Shown here piece after piece: positions 36,733 to 50,378 of a stretch of DNA of 64,000 nt. Positions within the stretch are counted from its first letter, which is position 1; every line of letters begins with the position of its first letter. This DNA is from Klebsormidium nitens (Eukaryota > Plantae > Klebsormidiophyceae). Made by a program: the position numbers and the translations under genes. Below the pieces are notes generated by a model, which ran no database searches, was not told the DNA's origin, and saw only the letters and a program-made list of their open reading frames with translations. The stretch covers positions 1 to 64,000 of the forward strand of contig DF237408.1 of assembly GCA_000708835.1 (NCBI GenBank), given 5' to 3'.

Positions 36733-39468
36733 ATGTTGGGTGCTCTGCGGTCGGTGCGCTTTGAAAAGGCCTCACGACTTTCAGTATTTATGATGGCAAC
36801 AAAAGGAGGTTCATTTGGTTCTGCAAAGGATCTTGCGAGCGGGGCAGGGGCAAGCCTGGGGTGTGGCACCATGAATGGCTCGAGCTTTGCCAGTCCGGAG
36901 GGTGCCATAACCCAGCCACAAGGATCAGTGCCTGCCCTGCATCTTGCGCCTAGTCCTGGCGCTGAAGCTGCCCAACACGGTGGCAGCACACGGGGGGCTC
37001 TCAGACGGTCCAGCCGCAGAGCGCTCCTGACAACCCCAAAGCCTGACATGGAGTTGCACTCAGTGGGGGCGCCAGATGCCCCCACAGCTCAAGTCCCTCT
37101 AAGTGCTGCTCCTGCTGAAGATGGCACCTTGGGCATGTTGAATGAATCTAGGGTTGTGCCAGTGTCTGTTGATGCGCCAGGAACACCGATTCGGAGGGCG
37201 AGCGCCCGCTCTCGAAAGAGCTCAAAGCAGGTTGCATCACCCAAGGAAGAAGCCGTAAAGGCCGTGAAGAAGGCCAAGGTGTTGCAGGATGCGGCGGTGC
37301 CGCTGTTGGATCCTGCAGCTGTGAGGGACGAGATTGGGGCGCTGGCGGCGCTCCCTGTTCCGCGCAGCCTGCTGGAGGAGGAGGTCATGCAGGCAGCCAT
37401 CGACCACCTGAAAACAGCAGACGCAGGTGGGTGCAGAGACAGCTGCCATGGGGCAGCAAGCGTAGGCAAAGCCTTCGTACCAACTCAGCCGCCTGCTAGC
37501 TCAGGTACATATATTGCTGGGTCTCACATGATAGCGTCTGACAAGACCTCCTTAGGTTGTTTTATCAAACAGGCAGCTCAGGCAGGTCGCATCTAGCTCC
37601 TTCATTGTATGTCTGAAGGTTCAGAGTCACTGCTTGGGCCAAAACATTCTGATGAGTTTCAGATACATACGTGTGTTCAGCTTTGAGCTGTTGCCCTGAT
37701 CTGAACAACTTCTGATGAACCCAACAGGTTTGGCTGCAATCATTGAACAGCATACTCCTCCAAACCCAGCGGCACGTGACACAATCTCGCCATTCAAGGT
37801 ATTCACTACTCTCAGTGGCTGGGGTCCAAACACACTCTGCTTGATCAGGCCATTTCGTGGCGCAATGTTAGATTGTCAACTTGGTTGAAAGTTTCAGGAA
37901 GGGTCTTCGGCCAGAATTCCCCTTTACAGGAGGCCTTTTCGTACGCTCAGTTCATGCACCCTCTCTGTATCATGCCCCTGCGCACAGAGTTGCTGCTACC
38001 TTTTCGGCAAAAACATCCGCATGGGTTTGTTGTGCTTGTGCAGGCCTTGGTGAAGAGCATAGTGTACCAGCAGCTCGCTGGCAAGGCGGCGTCCACCATC
38101 CATGGCCGGCTCGTTGATCTGCTGGGGGTGAGATGCGCCCTCCTCTTTCCTGCAACCCCTCAAATGTGTAGGACCTGCTTTGCACTGATGTGCGTGCCGT
38201 TTGCCGCTAGTGGCTGCCAGGGCCACTCGTGAACCGAGCAGTCAGAGTCAGGGAGACCCGGAATCAGTCACGTTCCCATGGCAAACGTTTTTGTCTTTCT
38301 TCCTCTGCAGGGCGCGGACTGCGTAACCCCTGACCGCATCTTGGCCATTGATGCAGAGCAGCTTCGCACAGTGGGCCTTTCTCGACAAAAGGTAATAAGC
38401 AAGTAAGAGCATAACAGTGTCCTATCGTTTTGACCCATCAGAAAATTCCTTCTTGATCTTTTTGTCTCCTTTTCTAGTGCTTCTCATAAACATAGGGAGA
38501 GGCGGGGCCTTCATCCGAGGTATGTGAGACATTCGCAGCACTGTCGTTGTGTGCAGGCCAGTTACGTGCATGATCTGTCGAGCCACTTCCAGTCCGGAGC
38601 CTTGTCAGACGCGGCGCTGCTGTCCCTCGATGACGCCCAGCTGATGCAGAAGCTGACAGCAGTTAAGGTGAGGGCGACAAGATAAGGCCTGCCGTACAAG
38701 AGGTAGTCTGGCGCGAGCGGGCCAAGTGTGCTATCCACCCGGCCACCGACATTCATTGCGGCATCGTAAAGTTTGTCTCCTCTTGTCAATCGGCGGCTGC
38801 CTCGAGTAGCAGCCCTTCGTACCGTGGTTCATAAGCAGTACGCCGCCTCAGTCGAGGATTTGCCATAATTGCGGCTGCGGGTTTGGTTGTGCGCAGGGGA
38901 TCGGCGAGTGGACGGCGCACATGTTCATGATGTTCACGTTGCACCGGCCGGACGTTCTGCCCACGGGAGACCTGGCGGTGAAGAAGGTAAGCCTGCTCCG
39001 ATACCACTTGGTCAATTGGCGAAACCTGACTGCCGAGGGTGCGCGCGGCCAATGTTGCGAAAGAAGCGTTCACCCAGATTGTCAATTTAGTCGCATCCGC
39101 AGTCTCGTCGGAAGGGTTGTGCATCCAAAGAGCAATACGGGGCGTTCAGACTGGACACAAGAAACAAGAGAACCGTGCACATTGGGCGGGCGCTTGCGTC
39201 CTATTCGATCTCGAGCGTCAAGTCGTTCGCGTGGCACAATCATCAGCTCGAGGCAGATCTCTGAAGTGCCGGGGAGGGATGGTCACTCTAGGTAGCTGAT
39301 GTCGTTACGCACCTGCCTTTGCAGGGCTTTCAAAGGCTTTTTGGCTTGTCTGGGCTCCCAACGCCACAAAAGATGCAAGAGTTGGCAGAGCCTTGGAGGC
39401 CATATCGTTCCGTAGGTTCTCTTTACATGTGGAAGGTACAGGACACAGTCGTTCCGGCAACAGACTAG
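36733..39468 (+). CDS. DNA-3-methyladenine glycosylase (AlkA/MAG-type, HhH-GPD superfamily) with a long low-complexity N-terminus, ~7 exons
   Basis: Exons give ALVKSIVYQQLAGKAASTIHGR, LRTVGLSRQK|ASYVHDL, HhH motif VK|GIGEWTAHMFMMFTLHRPDVLPTGDLAVKK and AEPWRPYRSVGSLYMW. Stop TAG at 39466-39468. The start codon is uncertain. Confidence 0.92.
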
Positions 39469-41138
39469 GGGTCTCTCGCTTCTTGGGAAGTGTGATTGGC
39501 AACTTGATAGTTGTGATTCCCTTCGAGCGCTTTCATGTTTTTGGAGCTTTTTATCCTGCTTTTAATGTAAACCTTGCAACTCGCAAAACATTTGGAATTT
39601 CAAGATCAATGCTTCGCGTTTGAAAGAAGTCAACATAGACGCTCTTAACGGCCAATCAGCGGCAGTGGTCAGAGTGGTTGTCTCTCTTGTAGGATCAAAC
39701 AATGAAGGTCAAAGGAATACGATAAGGGAGATTGCGATAGAACGTGACGGCAACTCCTATGTGAACGTGTGTGCATTGACAGCATGTACGCTAAGCACAC
39801 GAGCCTGCTCCGGCATCCAGAACTGATGAATTCATTCCAATGATCATACCATGGCCGTCACGCGTGATACCGGTATACGCTTTACTTACGGCTTCAGTGG
39901 AAACTTGTCAGTGTGGGGCCGGACGCAACTGCACACGGCCAAAGCACGACCGACGTACCTCTTGCACTCTTGCACGAGCTTTGGCTTTGGCGATGCAACA
40001 TGCCCTCATATACAGGCCAGCCCTCCCGCAGGCCTCACGTCTCATGCATACATGTACCTAGGTGATATGTAGGACCCAGGTGGACTGGTAATAGGTAATA
40101 GGGCCAGAGGTCACGACCAATGGTCATTGGTTAGTCACCGTCATACAGGGATTCATGGCGGATTGCTCACATTTTCGGATCAAGCCTTCCTGCAATTGCC
40201 GTCCATTACATTCATCGGCGGCTAAAAGTCGAGCCTTTGCTGTTCAAATTTCAGCTGAGCTCGGCCTGGGACTCGGGAGGCTGGCCCCTGCGGGCGGCAG
40301 CAGGCCTTGGCGACCGGCGTATTGGCCGGAACCGGTTGAAAGTACGTTCGCAACGTACGCACGTGTGGCAGCATTTGGCAAGCTGGACCTGTTGGATAGG
40401 CGCCCGGGAGGCGGGTTCGGTTGGCTTGGTGGTTAGGGTGGGTTCACGTGCGGAGCGCGGCAAGTAATAGGATAACTGGTTGAAGAGTTTCTGGTTAGAG
40501 TTGACCTATCTCAAGCCAGTATATAAGAAAATTTTGCCGGGCATGCATTCTGTAGCCGTTGCGCCAGCTGGCTTCCCAGCCGAAATCGACGGCTATGCGA
40601 GGAATGCGTTGTGACCCTGACCCCTGTGCCCAGTAAGGGGGAAATATGTCAGTTCACATTGACCCCCCTGATTCCGTCAAACCCAGTCACTTCATGCGCA
40701 TGCCAAAATTGGAAGAAGGAGCGCCTGAGCCTGAGGCTGGAGACTCGAGAGCTTTCAAGACATTGACAAGAAATTGGGGCGCTGCCTCGAAGCGCAGTCC
40801 AGCTTCGGATGAGGTTTCTGTATTGAGAACTCAGAGTCAGGAGCTCAGGAGGACGTTGCCAACAAGAAGGTGGTTACAGCTTATCCTGAACAGTCTTCTG
40901 GCAACACGTGACAGCGCAGGCACCTAGGAGGCGGCCAGTGGAACGTACAAAGGATGTTTGTCCCTAGGCCTTAGGTGTATGGTATGCCCACAGCTGTAGT
41001 TAAGGTAACTGCTTTTGCAGATTGGAAGTTAGCAACCCTGCTTTTCTTCGGGCCTCGGTTGGTAGCTTTCGTTCCTTTCGGCTGCCCTTTCATGTGTTGC
41101 CTCGAATAGTGAGAACCTTGGAAACATCCCCGGGCGGC

Positions 41139-44100
41139 ATGGCCCTCCCCAGTCATAGTGCTGGGACAGGGGCGACCTTGGACAGTGCAGGGAGGGCAGC
41201 CGCAGAGAATGATGCGCTCTATGCGGACATGGCAGCAAACCACCATGCGGTGCCTCTGACCCCGGGCACACCAGACAGGAGCACAACCACGGGACTGGAG
41301 TCGCCAGTCCATCCGCGGTCGCTGCACTACATGGAACAAGGGGTGAGCTCAGGCCCATGTTTACTCTGGGCCCGCAAGGACTCTGGCTGTCGCTTTTTTC
41401 CCAGTAACTACCACAGTCTTTCTGAAAGTCAACTGCTAGTCAACCAAGCAGTGGATCCAGGCATCACCACGCGTGCGAATAGGCCAAACAGTGTCCTTGT
41501 TTGGTAATGCTGCCAGCTTCAAAGTCTGCTGCCGCCTTCAGCCATGCATGCCGTGCAGTGTCCTACTCTTGTCACAGGGCTTTGCCAGATATGGTCTTTC
41601 TCAACAAGGGGCAAATGTGGCCAAAAGTAGCGCCTGGGAATTTTGCAGTCTCACTGGTCTACATCTGGGCTGCTGACAACCAAGCATTGCCGTAGCATTC
41701 AGACGGTTGAAAACGCTTCCTGGCCAGATCTTGGGAAGTCCTAAACAAGAGCATCAGTCATTGGACCTGTCTGGTTGCACCTTCCAGAGAGTAATCGATT
41801 GTGTCTAGTTCAGCGACATGCGTGCGACTTAGTCGCACCAGATCTACATCCTACGAGTGTGTATCGCAACTTTGCAGCTTTGCTGGGGCGGTCTTAGGTT
41901 GTCACTGCGCCTTTTTGCAACAGTCGGGTCTTGCCTTGAATTTAAGGAGCAGTAAGGCCCTTACATGGCTCGGCTGCGCTAGATCTGCTGTACCTAAGCT
42001 GATTGGCCGCTGGTATACTGGCAGGAGAATGGTGCCATGTACCGCGTCTATGTGCCCAGCACCCCCCCGCTGGACCAGGTCTTGGGTAGCACAGTTCCAT
42101 CGGGTCACACCGGCTCCGAGACACCGACCAGCTCGCACTGGGGGGGAACAGAGTACACGGGGGCAGACTTGCCCCTGAGCGAGAACGCGCGCAGCCTGCA
42201 CCAGCGCACAGAGAGCTTCCGCAGCGAGCGCAGCCAGTCGCTGTTCTCGGAGACAAGCGTCTCCAGCATGGAGAATGTTATGGTCACAGGCAGCCACTCC
42301 AAGCGCCAGCTGGGGCTCGGAGACTCCTCCAGCAAGCGGCCCGAGGTGAGCCAAAGCAAACCCTAGTGACAAAGCTCCCGTTAGACACGGGTGGCTGCCG
42401 CCACTGGTGGTCGTTGGCCCCGCCGATACAGTATTGCATGTGGTCCCTGCGGTTGCAGCAAGAGCATAGGTATCTGCTAGAGCGGGCGCCCCGCTAGGAG
42501 ACACTTTTGCGTGCAAAATCTCAGCCTCAACCAGGGGTTGTCCCGACTCCGGTGGAGCAAGCGGCAACATTCTCTCGGCATACTATAGGTGCAGATACCA
42601 AAGTTCAGCAAGCGTGGCCTAGATGGCAAGCAGGTTCCGTGGCCCGGGCTTCTGCTTTTGGTGGACTCAGAACTTCACCTAGATAAGAGTTGCTAACCTA
42701 ATTTGGCAGCGCCCTCTGTCAGGGACTATTGAGAAGGATGTTCAAGCATAGGTCGTATACTGCCCCAATTGTGAACGTCGTCAATTTGGTAGCAGGCTAT
42801 TAACTGGACTTACGTGTTCCAAAGCTGGGGGTCCAGACATGTTCCGCCCACTCTGTTCGCAGGGCGCCTCACGCAAGTACACGCGGGACGATCTGAAGCT
42901 GGCGTGTGCCATCTGCGATGAGCCGGTGGGGCTGGACCTGGACGGCAACGAGTTTGTTCCGTGCGAGTGTGCATTCCCGGTGTGCCGGCCCTGCTACGAG
43001 TACATCCGCAAGAATGAGGGCAACAGGTGTCCCCGCTGCAAGGAGCAGTACAAGCGGAAGACAGGTGGGGCGCCAGCAGCGGCCAACTCAGGCGCATCGG
43101 GGCTTGAACAGACCTCGGGCTAATTACAAGCAATTGTCGTTAGGGCGTTGAGCTAGCTCATCAGTAGCCCTGCCAAAGATTTCAAGGGCGGGCGCGCTTA
43201 TTGGAGGATCCGGAGGAGTGCACAGGCTGTTGGGCAAGTTCTGGCAGCAACCGTGCAGGGTCTGTGGCGCAAGTCTGCAGAATGCTTCGCTTGAATGATC
43301 ATGTTATTGGGCTATGGGCTAGCAGGACTGACAAGAATGCTGGCGGACTTTCAGGGAGCCCGCCAGTGGAGGGCGATCCGATAGAGGAGGGGGTGCGGCA
43401 CGAGGAGGAGGAAGACGCATTTGAGCGCGTGCACGCGGCTGTGAAGAAGGAGCCGCTCCGCCTTTCACGCACCTCAGACACGCCCCGGCTCTCCATTGAG
43501 GGTCCTCCCCCCAAGCCGTCCCCCATGCACCGCTACTACGACAACCACGACAAGACGCTTGTAGCAGTGCCCAACCTGATGGACGCCGACGGGCTAGGTA
43601 TGGCCATGGCCCCATGATAATTCCGGCAGATATCCATGTTTGGGGCAGGTTGCCTAAGGGAGAGTCTGCCGCGAAGTTGGTTCTGCACGGTCTGCTGACT
43701 GCCACTTGACCCACATTACCTCGATGCGGTGTAACTTAAAGTGGGCGTAGGCCATGCATGGACACCCCAAGGCCATCTACGGCGATCGGGGCCCAGATTG
43801 GCCGAAGTTGCAATCTGGTCCGTTAAAAAAAGACTCAGATGCACGGAGTGTGCATTTCCGGACCTTTGAAATCGGACGCCCACTTTAATGGGCTGCTACT
43901 CTGGTGGGGGTAGTTGTATGCGGAACGCTTCCTAATCGGCGCGGCGGCTGTTTGCAGGGGAGCTGCTGGACCCCAGCAAGCCGAAGGAGGCATACGGTTA
44001 CGGTAGCATCCTGTGGGCGGAGAATGCGCACCAGCCATCGGAGGCGGAGAGTGGCGACGGCAGCAGCGGGGGCAGCTCGCCCCCCAAGTCGGAGGGCAGC

Positions 44101-47100
44101 GCGGCCATTAAGGCGGACAACTCGCGCATGCCGCTCAGCAGGAAGGTGCCCATCACGGCCATGATGCTCAACCCCTACAGGTGAGCGCACTCACACCCTC
44201 TGGGTCAAAGCTGTTGGGAAGCATTGATGCAAGCAGACAGCTTGTGAGGGTTGGCAGGTTCCACAGGCAGTTCGCACGCCTGTTTGTGAAGGACAAGCAG
44301 TTACAGTAGGCGCACAGCAGTTGGGGGCGAGGATGTCCTACAGATGGTTCATGAACCGTGGATGCGGAATTCGAGTTGACTGTACGAAATCTATCAAGAG
44401 GGACCAGAGTTGTAAGTTGTAGACCAAGTTGTAGTCTCTGTTTAGGCCCAAGCCAATGACCGGTGTCAAGTTAATGGTCGAAGCAAAGAGTGTGATTGTG
44501 GGTTGCTGTCTATCACTTAGCAGTGGTAGCACCGCTAGCGATGAATCCTAGAGGCAGCAGGCCGAGATGACGCTCTGCTGTAGCGCTCTCTGACCCCTGC
44601 GTCCACTGCTGTGCTCTCCCGGCAGGCTGATGGTGGTGGTGCGGCTGGTGGTGCTGGTCCTGTTTCTGTCGTGGCGAATCAGCAACCCCAACTACGCCGC
44701 GTACGGCCTCTGGCTCGTGTCGGTCATCTGCGAGACCTGGTTCGGCGTCTCCTGGATCCTGGATCAGGTGACCACCCATTTAGACCCACCCTTTGTTCTC
44801 TCTACTTTCCAGATCTTCATGTTTTGTAAAGATTTTCTCCTTCAATGTGCCTTACTGGGATGTATTGGCCCTTCAACGGATTTGCAGACGTCCTTCTTGT
44901 CGCGTGCTGCTGCTTTAGCTCAATGCCGGTTTGAGTTGCGACCTTCTATGATTCGGCTTTTTTCAAGGCGCTTTGGTCCAGCCTTAGCACAGATGGTGCA
45001 CTTGTTTGAGTGTTGGTTGCGGTTGCTCTCCTTCCGAGAGTTTGTACTTCACATGCTCACACGCTCATGGTGTGGTGGCGCAGGTGCCCAAGTGGAGCCC
45101 CATCACACGCGAGACGTACTTGGACCGCCTCAACTCGCGGTATGACAAGTCTCCCGAGGATTGCGAGCTGGCTGCAATTGACATCTTCGTCTCTACGGCC
45201 GACCCTGAGAAGGAGCCCCCCCTGACCACCTCCAATGTCGTGCTGTCCGTGCTGGCGGCGGACTACCCCTATGACAAGTGAGCCACCACGCCCTGCCTTA
45301 CACTTTCAGAGGCCCGTATAGTTCTTACTTGCACCTGTTGTGTCCAAGCCGTCTGCGGCGGTTTTCTTCGAGTTCTTTGAGCGGCGGAACCTTTTCCAAG
45401 GGCATTCGCATCTGTGCAACTAACCAACGAGGGAGTTGGAGTTGAGCCTTGTAAGCAGCCACGTCAAGGAGCACTGAGCCCCCACCAAAGGGGTACTTGC
45501 AGCAAGATAGTGTCAACTAGAAACAAGCTAAAATTGTGGCCTTGATGTCTCACTTCGTTCTGCTTCAACTCATGAGGAGCATCACAATAGAGTACTTTGT
45601 AATTCTGGGCATTCCACACAGTCGTTCTTTTTTGACGGAACCTATCCGCATTGGGCTCTTGCGATCAAAGGGCTACCACCTTTATCGGGATTGGCTGCAG
45701 TTCTCTACTGTCAGGCCTGTCCTAGTGGACTTACGGTGCACGATGTTTTCTGCAGGGTTGCTTGCTACCTGTCTGACGACGGCGCAGCCTTGCTGACCTT
45801 TGAAGCGTTGACCGAGACGGCCAGCTTTGCCCGCTTCTGGGTGCCGTTCTGCAAGAAGTTTGAGATCGAGCCACGAGCCCCCGAAGTCTACTTCCAACAG
45901 GTGAGCACACTGGCAGAGGTGTCATAATCGGGAGATGCAGGACCATAAGCTGTTTCGTCGGTGGTTTTCGTAGCCGTGACTGTCTTGGATTATGATGCGA
46001 TCTGCAGACCCAGTATTTTTCAGGAGCCCACGGACCATGTAGAACTTATGCAACCTGTCGGTACCTTCCCTCGTCAGCTCACTCAGTCTAGGATTGCCCA
46101 GACATGCCAAGAGAATTTGTTCTTCGTGGGTCTTCCGTAAACGCATCTTGCTCCCCCTTTGCTGACCATTCCTCTGTTTGTGCGGCAGAGGAAAGAGGAG
46201 TACCTGAAGGACAAGACTCACGCCGATTTCGTCCGGGAGCGACGACAAATGAAGGTAAGTCGTTGGCCTGTCGCCAATCAGCCGCGCTTCTACTTTCTTC
46301 CCCACGAAGCAAGTGCTCGTGATGGTCGAACTATGTTGGCATACGGAGCATGTTGGTGTTGCACGACATCTGTTTGGTGGTTTGCGGTGCCAGCCTGCCG
46401 TGTTAGTCATAGGAAGCTGGTCGGGGGTTTTGACAGTGTGTTGATTGTGATGTGCAGCGCGAGTACGAGGAGTTCAAGGTGCGCATCAACGCGCTGGTGG
46501 CCAAGGCGCAGACCAAGCCGCGTGACGGCTGGAAGATGGCTGACGGCACGCCCTGGCCCGGCAACATCCGCAGCGACCACGTCGGCATGATCCAGGTGAG
46601 GCGACCGGGCAGTGCAACCAAAGTTTTCGTAACACAGAGCCGCAGCTTTGATAACGGCAAGTTGGGAAGCACCAAGAGATGGAAGCAGAGCTGTGCAGCT
46701 AGTCTTGTGGAGACAAGATTTCATTTGCGTCGACCTGTTCAAGCTTGCAGATTTTGTCCTGACATTGGATCAGAAGCAAAAGCGCCCACCCCCGCTTGTT
46801 TGCGTCTCGTGCACTTCACCTGCCCTCTTCCCATGATACTGTCTTTAGCCTGTTGTTACCCGAGCTTAGAATGCCTGCATTTGTGGCTCTTGCCTGAGCC
46901 TGGGCTGTTGTGCGGTGGGTGCAGGTCTTTCTGCAGCCGGATGGCGACACCATGGACATTGAGGGCAACCCGCTGCCGCGGCTGGTCTACGTGTCAAGAG
47001 AGAAGCGGCCAGGGTACGACCACAACAAGAAGGCGGGGGCTATGAATGCGCTCATCCGCGCCAGCGCGCTGATCACCAACGCGCCCTACATTCTCAATCT

Positions 47101-49810
47101 GGATTGTGATCACTACGTCAACAACTGCCAAGCCTTCCGGGAGGTGAGGAAAAGCAAAGTTCTGGCTCCCAGATCAGGAAAAGAGCAGGTTCTGCCATAA
47201 CGTTTGGTTGCCAAGGTGAATGCACTTGTTAAGTTTGTGGAGCAATGAAAATGTGCTTTAAATGGTTGCCGCACAAGATACAATTGAGTTTGCAATAAAG
47301 GTGACTCCCAGAGGCCCGCCCTCGCGGGATACGAATAGTTGTTGTATCAAAAGGGACGATTGCGATGTCAGCAATGCTCCTTAAAATCGGATTGGGACCT
47401 GGTGCGCTTTGTTGAAGGCCTCATTTTGGGTACGTTGTGTGTGCAGGCCATGTGTTTCATGATGGACCCGGTGAAGGGCGCACGCGTGTGTTACGTCCAG
47501 TTTCCGCAGCGATTCGACGGCGTCGACCGCAATGATCGATATGCCAACCACAACACCGTGTTTTACGAGGTCAACATGAAGGGCCTGGACGGCATCCAGG
47601 GGCCCATGTACGTGGGGACGGGCTGCTGCTTCAGACGCCAGGTGAGCAGGCGCAGTCAAGGGTGTCCATACACGAAGAAAGTTGGCCAGGCCGAACTGAA
47701 GGCTCGTATTGATAACGACTCTTTGTTTAGATTCTCTCAGCAATTTGCAAGGAGCTTGAAGGTCTTCTGGATTTTAGGAGTCTATATGAGTTGGTCCTGA
47801 GCAGAAAAAGCGTCGGCATTTTCAGGGGCTTTGTAACACGGCGTCCAAGCAGAATTGTTGATTACCATCGTTCAAAAGTGTTGCTTGCGCCCCTTCTTCC
47901 TGGTGCGTTGCTGTCCTGACGTCGCTTGCCTCCGCTCCCTGTTGGCAGGCGCTGTACGGCACTTTCGCCCCGTCGAAGAAGGGGGGCGAGAAGGCGGGCA
48001 AGGTGGACAAGGGCGGCTGCGGCCTGCTGACGTGGTGCTGCGGCGAGAAGCGCAAGCGCGCAGGGAACAAGGCGGCCAAGGGCCACAAGAAGAAGGACAG
48101 CAGCCAGTCGCTGGTGGACGTGGCAGATGCGGAGGAGCTGCAGCTGATGCCCATGAAGTGGCACGCGCGCCGCTTCGGGGTCTGCCACAACTTCGTCATG
48201 ACCACCACGGAGCTCGACGGCGGCTGCCCGGTGAGCGCACCATGCAACAAAACCGAGCAGAGCACCAGTGCATGAGCGACGCAACTCTTTCTGGAATTTG
48301 TAGCAACTTGGTGCCCTGATCCTGTCATTCGCCTTTTGCTACAATGGCTTGAGAAGGCAAACGTGGATATCTAGTCTTCTTGGCGAGGGCGTGCGTCAAG
48401 TCCTTCTCAAAGATTACCGTGTCCCTCTCCTAGAAAGCGTATGCACCCTTACAAGCGCCCATTCTTTTTGTGCAGACGATGTCCCCACGGACTGTGCTGA
48501 GTGACGTCATCCTAGTGATCTCGTGCGGGTACGAGGACAATACGGAGTGGGGCAAGGAGATTGGCTGGATTTACGGTTCCATCACGGAGGATATCGTGAC
48601 CGGCATGGTCATGCATACGCGCGGTTGGCGCTCCATCTACTGCAGCCCGCCCCGCCCCGCTTTCAAGGTGCGCCACTCGCCCCCAGCAATGAGCAGGTCT
48701 TGTTCGGTGATCTGACGGCTGATGCTGCTTCGGAGGAAGCTCAAAGAAGTGCCTTCCTTTTGGCCCGCTTCGTGGAAATTTTCAGAAGGTCTACTGGAAA
48801 CGTCGATGGAAGACCGCAATGTTCGGGGGACACTTCGTTAATTCTGTCGCCTTTACTATTGCAGGGTACGGCGCCCATCAACCTGACGGACCGGCTGCAC
48901 CAGGTGCTGCGGTGGGGGCTGGGCAGTGTGGAGATCTTCTTCTCGCAGCACAACCCGCTGTGGGCGGGCTGGGGCCAGGGCCTCAAGTTTTTGCAGCGCT
49001 TTGCGTACGTGAACACGACGGTGTACCCGTTCACGAGCATCGCGCTGACGGCGTACTGCGTGCTGCCCGCGGTGTGCCTGCTGCTGAACCAGTTCATCAT
49101 CCCCGTGCTGGACAACACGGCCATCATCTACTTCCTCGTCTACTTCATCGCCGTCTTCGGCACCGCCATCCTCGAGATCCGCTGGTCCGGCGTCGCGCTC
49201 GACGAGTACTGGAGGAACGAACAAGTGAGCCACGCCGCATCGCACGACCCGCCCAGCAAGTCGTGTCCTTCGCCCACAGATCAGCATCAGCGCCCAGGGT
49301 TTTCTGGCATGCAGTGGTTCCTGGCAGTCTCGAGTGTAGCTGCAGGTCTTTAACTCATCTCTCGAGTGTCTAACGTCCACTCCGCTCGTGCAGTTCTGGG
49401 TGATTGGAGGCACGAGCGCGCACCTGGTGGCGGTGTGGCAGGGCCTGCTCAAGATCACGGCCGGCTTCGAGTCGCAGTTCACGCTGACGCAGAAGGACAG
49501 CAACGACGACGGCGAGTTTGCGGAGCTGTACATTTTCCGGTGGACGCCGCTCATCATCCCGCCCACGACCATCATCATCGTGAACCTGATGGGCATCATC
49601 GCGGGCATCAGTCGGCAGGCGCAGAAGAACCGCTCCGATTGGGGCCAGCTCTTTGGCAAGTGCTTCTTCGCCGTCTGGGTGCTCCTCCATCTCTACCCCT
49701 TCGCCAAGGGCCTCATGGGCCGCCACAACCGCACGCCCACCATCGTCATCGTCTGGTCCACGCTGCTCGCCATCTCCCTCTCCCTGCTGATGGTCACCGT
49801 CCTCGGCTAA
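41139..49810 (+). CDS. CESA: Cellulose synthase superfamily GT2 (CesA/CslD-like) with RING zinc finger and N-terminal extension, ~16 exons
   Basis: RING CAIC...[14 protein letters not shown]...CPRCK (~42863-43063), PLSRKVP...[82 protein letters not shown] and [13 protein letters not shown]. Stop at 49808-49810. The first exon (41139-41342) joins in frame to 42025 but is less certain than the rest. Confidence 0.95.
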
Positions 49811-50378
49811 CTTATGGCGCCTCAAAAGCGCCCAGCGCACTTGGTAGCGAGCATGCAGAGCACATTAGTGGTGGGCCCTCGCTAGGAGGGCTTTTAAGTA
49901 GCTGGGATGCGTCTCAGCAGTGCTGCGCTGACACCACTTCGCAATATGGTAGGTAGTTGCTCGATAGTTGATAAATTATAAGTTGCACTTCGAAAGAGCC
50001 AGTTGGGCAGTTGTAAACGCCTTCAGGTTCTAAGGACGTTTGTTGAAAGGTCGTCTAAGAGTAGATGACGTATGTCATTCAAGTTGCAACGAGTCACCTA
50101 AGAACTGGGTTGCAACATGCGTCTGGGCTCCGAGTCAGGCCCGCTTAGTTGATGGCTTCGGTGTGCATTGCGGCTTTGCTTTAAATCTTTGTGTTTTGCG
50201 CTGTGCAGCATGTGATGCATGCCAGCGTACGTTACACATACATCGTCATCTGGCTCGATCAGCTGTAAGAGACATGACGAATCTTGTAATTCGAGTAATG
50301 TGTAAGCTGATAAATTTTCAATTAACCATGATTGGCCCTCAAGCTGATTCAATCATCAGCAGATTACTGTACATCTTA

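Noticed and set aside
36438-37085. 215-aa minus-strand ORF
   Set aside because: Shadow ORF overlapping the first glycosylase exon; no motif.
30952-39468. TGT next to a DNA glycosylase as a Dpd-like 7-deazaguanine DNA-modification system
   Set aside because: The TGT has all the hallmarks of ordinary eukaryotic tRNA QTRT1, including the zinc site, and no preQ0 synthesis or Dpd partner genes are present. The adjacency is best treated as chance.
40646-40927. 93-aa ORF (MSVHIDPP...) as an additional first CesA exon
   Set aside because: I could not find a convincing strong donor/acceptor pair joining it in frame to the 41139 exon. Possible but unsupported without cDNA.
42358-42366. AAACCCTAG telo-box-like motif
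   Set aside because: Single imperfect copy in an intron; expected by chance.
41902-42570. 222-aa minus-strand ORF
   Set aside because: Antisense shadow of a GC-rich CesA exon.
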